Shown here in pieces: positions 53,851 to 64,000 of a stretch of 64,000 nucleotides of DNA. The notes under the pieces are model-generated. The model was not told the origin of the DNA. It made no database searches and was given only the letters and a program-made list of their open reading frames with translations. Origin of the DNA: Lama glama (lineage: Eukaryota); contig CM052818.1 in NCBI GenBank assembly GCA_028534125.1, positions 994,001 to 1,058,000 of the forward strand, in the 5' to 3' direction. Both the position numbers and the translations under genes were made by a program. Each line of letters starts with the position of its first letter. Position 1 is the stretch's first letter.

Positions 53851-56149
53851 AGTCCTTGGGCTGGTGGGGTCAATGCTTACTAACTGTGGGGGAGGAAAAA
53901 GCATCCTTCCTGGGGGGTGGGGTGACTAGAGGATAGGGTCAATTGCAGGAGATTCCCCAAATGTCAAAGCAAAAGAGACTACATTTTTCCTCTGGTTCCC
54001 TTCCCGACCCTGGGGGGTGGGGGTGGGGTGAGGAAAGCGACCCTCTTCCCACGCAGTCACACCTAGGAGGTAGCAGTGTATCGGTGGGATCCCTGTTCCT
54101 GTTCCTGGACCGCAACCCTTGCCAACCTCAAACGTGCTGCCAGCCAAGACCCTTCTGTCCTTACAAGATGAGTCCATAGACCTATATTTCTTTTCTGATT
54201 CCTAAACTAATGTATACATTTTGCACAAAAATTAAATAATACCGAAATTACTATTAAGGAAATGAAAGCCCCTAACAAAATAATCACTGTGAGCAGTATT
54301 TTTCAGGTTTATTTCTGTTCCATACATACACTAGTTTATTTATTATAATGATTTTTACAAAAATCATTGAATCAAACTATTTTTAACTTGCTTTGTTTCT
54401 CACTTTATATTGGATGCTTCACTGTGTCAGTATGAATTTTAATAAATGGTTGTACAGCATGCAGATGGTTGAGCCAACCCACCACTGCTGGGCTTTAAGC
54501 TGGTTTTCCCTTTCCCCTCCCGACAAGCATCCGTATAGGTGTGCTCCCTGGAAGTACTTTTGGGGAGAGGTTCTTAAAGGCGCAGCTCCTGGGATAAGAG
54601 AGGGGCTCGTCTGAATGCTGGTGTTGCTGCATTGCCCTCCACAGGCTGCATTGTCTGGTCAGTCTTCCACCCACAGTGACGGCACGTGCCTGGTAGGTTT
54701 AGCCACAACTTCTCTTGAGGTGAGGGCTTAACCTCCAAGCTCTGGGACCTGGTAGTTGCCTGACCTGATCACTTCTGGAGGTCCCAGTCGCTCACTAAGG
54801 AACTTAGGGGCAGAGTGAAAAGGAAGGGACAGGGCATGTTCAGTTCAGAGCTGCCAACAGCAAGAGAAAGGGCTTGATAATGGCTCCAAGAACAGGGGTG
54901 GCCACAAAGTGGCCTTACCTCCCAAGGGATGAAGATGGGGTGAAGGATGGAGCAGAGGAGCCAAGTGAAGTGGCTGGCGCTCCCTGGGAGGGAAACTTTG
55001 TCACTCCTGAGAGACAAGGGCCCACGTGGGCACAAGTGCTTTTAAAATCCAGCTGTTTGGAAGGCAGGATGGTAATCCTATCCTTGGCCAAACCTCTCAG
55101 CTCCAACAGAACATACAGCCTGACTTTGAAGAAGAAGAGAGAAGGCCAGGGCCCACCACAGAGCGATCCTGAGCTGGCATCAGATGCTAAATTGGTTCAA
55201 AGAGCCTCTGAGCTGGAGAAGCCCTGGAGGGCTTCCTGGAGGAAGAGGATGGACAGTAGCTGTGCCTTGGTAAGTGGGCAGGATTTGGACCCTCCGAGAA
55301 ACCTGGGCAAAGGCATGTTTGTAGTAATGAATGTTCAGTCTTCTCAGGGAACAGGAAGGAGCACAGATTGAGGGTGAGTTGTGGAAGGGCAGGAGGACCT
55401 CTAGCTGGGGATGTGGCAGAGGCCAGTGTAGGGGAGTTCCTTACAGCGCCGAGGAGAGGAATTTGTTCCAGGGTCCTAGACTGTCCTTCTGGCCTCTGGG
55501 TCCTTGGAACCTCTGGCTTAAGACTCTGGACCTGTTTTCCAGGGTTCCTGAAGGCCTATCAAAGGCTCACTTCCCAGAGCAGCTGAGAACTCAGACCTAG
55601 GGCAGCAGTCAGCTCGGAGCAGCCCGGTCCCCTGGTCTTGGAAAGGCGTCCCCTGCTGCGCGGGTACCAGCTGCTCCACTGGCATTTCTGTAAGACTGCT
55701 AGCTCCCAGGTGTATGGGCACCCGGACGAGGGGCCCACCACTCTCCAGTCTTCACACCTCCACCTCTGCCTCTTTTTCCTTCCCCATGTCCTACCGGCAG
55801 CTCTTTCTCCTCCCCCACCAGGCAGATGGGGAAGCAGGGGTGCGGGGAGAAGGGAGGGTTTAAGCCAGTCCTAGGGGGCGAGTCGGGGAGGGTCGAAGGG
55901 ACTGAAGGAGACCGCGCCCAGGGTTCCTCCATTCGCCACACCCCATTCCCCTTCCTCTGCCCTTCCCTCGTCTTCGACTCCACTCCTGTGCTTTCTCTCC
56001 CGTGCCCTCCTTCTTGACCGCATTCTCCCACCAGGATCTTTTGTACCAATCCAGTTTTTATGAGAGTTGGTCTTCCACGTGTAAGCTCATTAAGGAAAGG
56101 TTGCAAAATTCGTAACATTGGAAGGAAGAAAACAAAAGTCCATTTCTCC

Positions 56150-56760
56150 CCCGCCAGGGGCCTGTCTCCTCCTCGGAGTCTCCCCTGCGCCGCGAGCCCA
56201 GCGCCCCCTCCTGCTCGCGGGCCCGGCCGAGCGCCCCCGGGGGCGGGCGCCGAGGCCCGGGGCGGGGCTGGGGCCGCGGCCTCCCCCAGCCCGCGAGCCC
56301 ACGCCGCCGAGTCACAGCCCCGCCTGCGCCACCGCGGGCGGAATCGGGCACCGGGGATTGAGGCGGCCGCCGCGTGTTTGCCCAGCGCCCGCCCCCGCCG
56401 CCGCGGGCCCTAATCTCCGATACACTTGCAAGTTGGCTTCCTGCCCCGGGGCCCCCGCTCCCTGAGCAAACAGGGCGGGCGCGGCGCTGCATCCGAAATG
56501 TGGCATTTGAGCCGCGCAGCCGAGGAAAGCCGGTGCACGGCCCACCGGCTGTAATTGCCCTTCCCCTGCCCTAATCCTCCGGTGCGGCCCCGCCCGCCGG
56601 CTGCGGCCCATTGATTAGCACGGGAGCCGGGATCGGCCCAGCTCCGGGAGGGGCGCCGCAGCCCCCACCGGGGGCCTAGGAGGCAGTCAGGACCCACCCC
56701 CCGCCCCCAGCTCCCGTCCCCCGCGCCCCTCTCCAGCCGAGGTCAGTCCGGACTTGGAGA
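56150..56760. promoter_or_regulatory. Orphan CpG island / candidate enhancer or promoter
   Basis: Very high GC and CpG content, GC boxes and several TAAT-core sites. No coding exon recognised. Confidence 0.65.
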
Positions 56761-58666
56761 AGAAGCATACCCTTGAAAAGGGCGTAGAGGTTGCCAGGGG
56801 AAAATAGGGGTGGAGGGGAGGAGGGAAACACCCCGCAGACATGCCCAGACGCGCTGAGAGAGATGAGACCCCCGGTCACACTGTCCTTAATGTGGAGAGG
56901 GAAGGGGCGCAGAGCACCCACAGGGGCCTGGCTGGGCTTGACACCCTGAGAGCCCACGGTGGAGCTGGGGATTGAGAGGTCCCTGTGTGCCCCAAACCAC
57001 CCTCCAGGCCCCATTGCTTCTGCAGTGGCCAGGGCCCACTTGCTGTGGTCTGCCAGAGGGGCCTGGGCCCCACCGCAGCCTCATTCGGTCATTCTTCGCT
57101 GAATATGGGATGCAGAGTGCCAAGTGCTCAAAGCTGGGAAATCGGCATGGTCTGTTCTACAAGCCGTTAGTGACAGAGGTCAGTGCAGGGGAAGAGGGAA
57201 ATAGGGAGCCTTTGGGGGCACACCCACTGAGGCCTGAGTGATAGCTTTACAAAGACAAGACTCCATTCCCACCTGACGTGGGTTTTGTTTCTTCCCTCCC
57301 ACTTCCCAGCCTCCCATCCAGGTCCCCAGTGTGCACCCCTCCCCTTCTCAGAGCAGCCGCCCTAAACCGGGGAGAAAGAGCCTTGGCCTTCTGAGCGGCC
57401 TCCCTGGGCCTAGGCCCCCAGTTCAAAGCTTGGCTTCTCTGTGCCGGGCCAGGGCCTGGTGCTGCAGCACTTGGGGTGTGCAGGGAGCAGGGGCCTCCTC
57501 TGACACCCTGAGACCCAGGGAAGGAAAGCCAGGGCTGGAGCCAGAGGCTGGGCCAGGGTAAGTGGAGGTCTCCAGAAATGGAGAACAGAAACAGAGATGT
57601 AGGAGAGAAATCGGGCTAAGAGGACTTGATGTCAAACTAGAGCAAACTAGAGCCTTATGCCTAGGTGCCTCCCCTTAACACCCTTCAACAGGGCTGCGCT
57701 TGAATAGGGTGAGGCTTCACTGGGGGCACAGATTTAAGGAGGCACTCCTTCTCAAGGCTGTACGGGGCAGGAGCACCTGAGAAGGGGCGCCTCCTTGCCG
57801 CACCCTGGTCCCAGGCCCGCCCTCACTGCTCTAAGTGAGCTCTGGCTTGTACTAAGGTAGCCCAGTCTCTGATTTGCCTCATAGCCTGACACCACCTTGA
57901 CAGTGTCCTCACTATTCACCTGCTTGGTTCTGACTGTGTCCCAGCTGGGACAGAAGCTGCAGGCAGGGACCTCATTCCTCCGAGTCACTAGGTAGGCAGT
58001 GGGTCCCGAATAAATGATGAATAAATAAATAAATGACTGTTATCTCCCAACCACCTCGCCCCCAAGTCTGAATTCTTCCCTCCAGCCATGGCTGGCTGCA
58101 GTGGCCACCCCAGGGTTGCTGGTTTGAACCCCACTTAATCCTCAGGCCCTCTGCCTGAGTGCAAATTTGCACGATTGGCGTGTGTTTGTTCTTACATTCT
58201 CTGATACTAAGCCGTGCTTCTCTCTCCAGCCAGACAGTGACTCCCTGAGGGCAGGAAGCAAGCCTGGCCTGGAATTCCTTATCTGCCCTGCAGCACCCAG
58301 GCTGAGGTGGCCCTCAATATATGCTCTGTGATGAACACCCACACACCTACGGCCCTAACGTCCATCTGGAGACTTTGGACAAGTCCTCCTCATGCCTTAT
58401 TTCTGGTTATGGAGCGGTGATCCAGGTCACATGTCCCTGCAGTGATCAAACTGGCCTAAAGCCAGGGTCCTGCATCCCGGAAGCAGTGGAATTTCTTCCT
58501 CCTGTTTAGTAAATTACAAAGGTACGATTCCTCTGCCTCCTGCACTTCGGTGTGGGCTGGTGGGGACGTCTCGGCTTTCTCCTATAATACCAGGTGCACG
58601 GCCACCAACTCCGATGATTGTAACAGAGCACGTGCAAGCAGGTGGGCGTGTGTATAACATCTGTTG

Positions 58667-58668
<2 letters not shown>

Positions 58669-58697
<29 letters not shown>
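58669..58697. repeat. (GT)n microsatellite within a GT-rich low-complexity tract (~58640-58975)
   Basis: Seen directly in sequence. Confidence 0.95.
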
Positions 58698-61097
58698 ATA
58701 TCGGCTGTGTGTGAATGTGTGTGTGCCCGGGGGAGTGTGTGTGCTGTCAGCAGAGGGTGGATATGGATTCTGTTGGATATGAGCATAGGTTGGTGCGGGG
58801 TGTTGGCTGGGTGTGTGCGTCTGCTGAGTGTGGGTGTGTGTATAGTATCTCTTGGGTTGTGTCTGTATGTTTGTAGAGTTTGCTGAGGGTGTGGGTAAGT
58901 GGTGTCTGTGGGGTGTGTCTGCAGACTGTGTGCGGTGCTGGCGGGGATGTGCGTGGAATGTCTGCTCTGTGTGCATGACGGCGGGAGTGCCTTAGGCTGT
59001 GTTATCATGATACGGCTTTCCAGAAGCCTCTGTATGAAATGCTTGATGACATCCCCTGACCAGTGACTCTGTGCCTGGCCAGAGGCTGCTCCCCTAGGCC
59101 TGGGCTGGCTAGGGAGGCGTGCATGGAGGGCCTGGGGCATCCAGTGTCTCAGGAGGTCAGGACGCTGAGCTGTAACTTCTGTGACCAGAGGCATGGAGAC
59201 CCAGGCAGGGACAGGTGCCAACTGCAGTAAATGGACAGAGGCCCAGGCCTGGAGGCCTCGAATCCTGTGGAGTAGAGATGGCGAGGCTCCACGCACCAGA
59301 CAGACCCAGGGTCGGGGAGTGGAGTGGACATGTCAAGTCTGGGTCTCAATCCAGGCGACACGTTCAGGCTCAGGACAACGTAGAAGGAGAGGAACCCAGG
59401 GAGAAGGCCGAGCTCTGATGCTTCGGGCAGCTGGGGCAGAGAAATGAGTCAGCTCTGAGCACGAGTCCACTTGGTACCCTTCTGGGCAGAGGCAGCTCAT
59501 GCCAGGACACAGGGCTCAGTGAAGGGAGCAGGAGCCTGAGTCTCAGCCCCACTGCCCACCTAGTCAGTGCCCTTGTACAGTGTACAACCTGCCCAACCGC
59601 ACTCGGTGACGCCAGACCGTGGCCTAGAAACCTGCAACTTCTGCTGGCTCTGGGGCAGAGAAGAAGAGGGTGCCCTCTTCAGGCTTTGGAGGAGAAGGCA
59701 TCCCCGGGAAGGGGATGGCTCTGGGGCAGGATGGCTGGAGGCCTGCTGGTTAGGCATACTGTCTCCTGGGTCCTGGGCTGGTCTTCACAGTGAAGGCAGA
59801 GCAGAAGACGCCAGCCACCCGCAACCTCCCCATTCCCTAGAGTGCCAGCATGGAAATGCTATGATGGGGAAGAGGAGAAAAAAAGTAGAAGGAGGGCTGA
59901 GCAAAAAGGCCATTTGGAAAGGAATCTGATACAGGATAGGAGAGACGCTCTGAAACAGTGACACAAGTCACCAAGGTGACCCACTAACTGGGTTGGTAAC
60001 CTCTGACTTCTAACGTCTGTCCTCAGTTTTGTCATATGATTCAGGGCATTGGACTGAAACAGTTTTCAGGTTCTTTTCCCGGTGACTCTAACCACAGACA
60101 GAACTGGCCTGGCCTCGGGCTGACCAGGCCAACGGTTCCTGCTGGCTCCTGCCCTCAGTCACTGGGGAGGCCGGGAGAGTGTGCAGGGCTCAGGGCAGCC
60201 CACTCCACACTGGAAACCCAGCCCAGGACCACCTCTTGCTGTCTAGAACCTCGTGCTGGGAAGTGAACAGAGACTTGAAGGGATTGTTGCGAACTTTTAG
60301 TGTCAAGGAGAGCTGTGTCTTTCTAACTCAATTCTAGAGACAAATTTGGAGCTCACATCTTTACACTTCCAGGGCTGCCATTCTGGGAAAGTCCAGTCAA
60401 ACTCCAGAGCTGATGTGAGTAGCCTGTGAGCATTTCTTTGGTCCCTAGGGCCTGCAGGACAGAGAAGGGCAAGGGCAGAGACTTCCGGGCCTTGGGAGGT
60501 CAGGAGGATGTGGTGGAGGAGGAGGGAGCCGGCTGCCTCTGCACTGGGGGCCCGGGGGGCGGGGTGGTTGATGAGCAAGACTTCTCACCCCTTCAGTAAA
60601 ACAAACAAAAAAATTATTTCTCCTATTTCCTTCTCTGAGATTAATGATAAACTGTCTATCCCCTAAAAGAAAATGATAAAGACTCTAATTTTACTTGGAG
60701 GCTTAGAAATGCCATTTCTACGCAAAACAGGGAGCCCATAATCAGACTTGAGCGGGGCCAAGCTTTGATAGAAAACGTTTTCCTCTCGCCCCCTATTTCT
60801 TCCCCTCCTTTCCTGCAAACAGAGATGCCCGACAGCTAAGAACAATGCTCAATAAAGGGAAATAATATTTTAGTCAAAATAGGCCGAGACTGCTCCCAGC
60901 CAACTGTAAATTAGCATTTTGAGGGCAAATATGCAGACAATTTGAGATAATGAAGCCTGATTATTCAATCCAATGAATGTTAACTAGGGAGCAGAGGCTC
61001 CACTGCCTTATCTCACTCCCTTCGATTTATTTTTTTAATCGTTTCACATTTGAACTCTTTATTTGTTTCTGTTTTATGTACCCCCTCCCTCCCTCTG

Positions 61098-61098
<1 letters not shown>

Positions 61099-61128
<30 letters not shown>
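61099..61128. repeat. (CA)n microsatellite
   Basis: Seen directly in sequence. Confidence 0.95.
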
Positions 61129-61131
<3 letters not shown>

Positions 61132-61559
61132 CCCTCTCCACTCCTGCCCAGGCTGCAGAAGAGGACCTGTTGGAGATGGTCCGTCTGTCCACCCAGCCTC
61201 TCCGCCCAGCCTTCGGGTTGGCTCAGCAAGCCCCAAGGAGCACCCACTGTGTGCACGGCCTTTTGTGGAGCTGGCGGTGGGTGGGGGGGCCACTGTGCAC
61301 TAAGCAAGTGACCCAGGCCCTGCTTCTCAGAGCTTCGAGCAGGGCTGGGTACCCGATACGGGAAGGTCACCCACCTTCAGAAAGGAAGATGCCGGGTGCG
61401 TGTGAGGTGCCGGCATTGGGGTGCACATAAAATCCAGAACAACAGGAGGAATACCTTTCAAGGCCTCAGGTCACCCTCCCTGAAAGGTCCTTAGGGAGCC
61501 CCACCTCCCTCCCCAGGAGTCATGGAAACCTTTCTTAGATTATTAGATCTTCCTTCCAG

Positions 61560-61730
61560 GCAGGACTAACTACATCATTTGTGAGCCCAGTACAAAGTGA
61601 CGATGCAGAGCCTCTTGTTAAAACATTATTGAGAATTTCAAGGTGGTGATGGCAGAGTACTAAACCAAGGAGGGGGACCTTCTTCTGGGTATGGGGCCTG
61701 GGCAACTGCGCTGGCCCTGGCTCCGGGAGC
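61560..61730. mobile_element. MER91-like DNA transposon
   Basis: Same family signature as 49183-49360. Confidence 0.6.
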
Positions 61731-62639
61731 TCCTGCTGGTGGTAATCCAAGAAGGCTTTCTGGAGGAGGAACAAGGCTATTCTTGAGTGAGGACTGTTGT
61801 TCCTGAGACCCTGTGAGGGTCCCAGCTGACTGGGGGTGGGGGAGTCTAGACAGGACCCCCCAGCTCCTGAAGAGCTGCCAGCCTGGCTGTGTTTCCCCTT
61901 GGAGTGCCTGTTCTCTGGCCCAGAAGTGATGCTTACTCATTAGTGGAGGGACATCTCCCACCGGGCGAGGGTGCCCCCACGCTCTGGTGCTCACCTGAAT
62001 CTCAGCTTCCTCCTTTGGCCTTGACCCTGCTCTTTCCCTGCCTGGTGCCTGCCTCCTGGTTCCTGCCTCCTGGTTCCTGCCCCAGTGCCAGGCTCTGCAG
62101 CTTCCCCCCACCCCTGTGCTCACCGAGTGCCCCTCGTGGTGTGTGCAGCACAATCTCACCCCTCCCCTGCCCTTCTCCCCTGCGGACCCCCTCCAGCATG
62201 CTCAGACCCCTCGGTGCCTCTGCTTGTGCTGGGCTCCCCACCTCTTCCTTCAGCCCCCTTGCCCCTCCCGTCTACTCTATTTCCGTCCCCCTCCTCACAC
62301 CCAGCCAAAGAGCTTTGGTGTCAAGCAGCCCTGTTCTATGCCCTACTCTGCCCCTTAGCTGTGTGTGCTCCTGGGCAGCCTATCAGACCTCTTGGAGCCT
62401 CAGTTTCCCTGGGAGTAAATGGGGAGGTACTGTGCCCTGTCTCATGAAGTCAGCAGGAGGATGGAATGAGCTGCTGCAGGGAGCTGGTCCGCGTGCATGT
62501 GCGACTGTGTTAGCTGCTGCTCTGGGAGGCCGTGCAGCCAGCCGCCCTCTAGAACTTCCATATCCTCTAGAGTCCCCATCACACCATGCGGCCTGCAGTC
62601 ATGTACTATTTCCTCCACCTGAGTTTCCCACAAGTGAGG

Positions 62640-63770
62640 TGGTGAACACTGAGAACAGCTACCTCAAACTCCCACGCCACCCTCCTTTTGGCTGGAGAGG
62701 TTGGAAAACTAAAAACTGCATTTCCCAGACTCCCTTGCAGCCGGGGTTGTAGAAATGAATAATAGGATTCCGCCCCTCAGTTACACTCACGATATTCGGA
62801 AGGCGGACGTGAGGCCGAGGCTGTTTCCGACTCTGGTTGTTTCTGGGTTGTTTGTTTTCTACAGCAGCTTCCCATGGTTCCTTCTCTACCTTCTGGATGT
62901 CATGAGGCAAAGTCAGTGGCGACCATGTCAGTAGTGGCTTGCTCCTGGTTTCTGGGTCTCTGTGTTGCCACTACAGTGGTTTTCAGCCCGTGGTTCCAGA
63001 AATGATCTCAGGGGTTGTAGTGCTACTGGGATCGGTTTAGAATTTGGAACCCACTATTCTGGCCCTTCCGACAATTTGGGAAACTCCTAATTCTCTGTAC
63101 TAAATCTCTCCTCGGTTAAAATGCTTAGAGGGGTGTTCTATACAGAACCTCGACAGGCAAGGTGCAAACCAGCCTTCTCTTTGTTCTGCACGCCCACAGG
63201 GTGGCACCTTACACAGGTCTCCGCCTCTCAAGAAAGCCTCACCTGCAGACCCAGCGCCACCGGGGAGCCTCGGAGTTGCTGGGCTCATGTGCTGGTCGTC
63301 CCCGTTTGTACTTCCATTCATCTGCCCTTTTCCTCCTCTGCCCTACATGCAAGGAGCTGACCCCTGCAAATTATGTTCCCCAGGCTGCCCTGTCCACTGG
63401 CTTCCTGCTGGGTTTGACCAACTGTAGGGCACTGGTGGGAGACTGGAGGGCGGGAGGAGGGAGAAGCCCAGACTGTTTCTGATCTTTTCTCTCTGGCTCC
63501 AGTGGCATCTATGCTGTGCAGCCAGCCTCTGCCAGGCACCACCCTCCCCCAAATGGCTCCAGCTCCCAGCTGTCGCCCCTCGGGGTTGTAGCTCTGACCT
63601 GGCAGTCCCAGCCAGCACCACCCTGTGCCCTGACTGTTGAGCTCTGTTAATCTGTGTGTTGCCTCACCTTCCCGGGTTTCCATCTTTTCCAACACTCCTG
63701 TAGCTGGGTTCTCAAATGAAATCCCCTCTGTAGTGAGCGACCTGGTGTGAGTGGGTTTTCCTGACTGTAA
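62640..63770. mobile_element. Old ERVL-class solo LTRs (LTR33/LTR16-like), two adjacent elements
   Basis: Motifs aaaactgcatttcccagactcccttgcagc (~62712) and ccccaggctgccctgtccactggcttcctgctgggtttgaccaa...gggcactggtgggagactggaggg (~63378). Subfamily assignment tentative. Confidence 0.55.
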
Positions 63771-64000
63771 CAGTCTTCCTCATATAAGCCAGTGATGGGG
63801 CTGAAGGCTCTGGGCCACAGCTTCCCTCCTCAGGGCCAGTCTGTCTCTGCGGCCTGCCCGCCAGCCTGTCCTGGTCCAGCCTGCAGAAACATCTGGGCAG
63901 AGTCCTTCAGGGTCCCCTTCCCCCGCTGGGGAGTGGGGGGCGGGGGAGGAGCTGGGGTGAGTGGCAGCTTTCGCCAACACCTCAGTCTTCTCTTCTCGAC

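Noticed and set aside
58506..59296. 156-aa and 260-aa His/Thr/Pro-rich ORFs
   Set aside because: They arise from a GT/CA low-complexity tract, with no splice structure or recognisable domain.
61889..62752. 287-aa ORF
   Set aside because: Pro/Ser/Leu-biased, non-ATG start, runs into repeat sequence, and has no recognisable homology.
52330..64000. RAB11FIP5 exons expected from synteny
   Set aside because: No matching coding sequence recognised. The gene probably lies beyond the right edge.

Overview
Mammalian genomic DNA, most likely a camelid (judged from a young tRNA-derived SINE and young L1 3' ends). The window is syntenic with human 2p13.2 and is read in reverse orientation. The left half holds four conserved genes whose exons I could build fully from splice sites: the 5' end of CCT7 (-), PRADC1 (+, 188 aa), SMYD5 (-, 417 aa) and NOTO (-, start codon lost in a 500-N gap). 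A decayed ERVL provirus follows. The main surprise is an ~11.5 kb mosaic block (~37.6-49.1 kb) upstream of NOTO, bracketed by a diverged direct duplication of local DNA (36478-37625 versus 49138-52330). It contains intron-bearing pieces of a different locus: an SDR/retinol-dehydrogenase-like gene, two C2orf81-like copies, WDR54 exons and RTKN exons. Most pieces are disabled. One C2orf81-like copy still has a CpG-island promoter, three splice-competent exons encoding an open 152-aa protein, and a polyA signal, so it is a candidate lineage-specific truncated paralog. The right end is non-coding, with orphan CpG islands, candidate enhancers and old repeats. Gene identities rest on my recall of human protein sequences, not on a database search. 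Repeat family names and boundaries are approximate.
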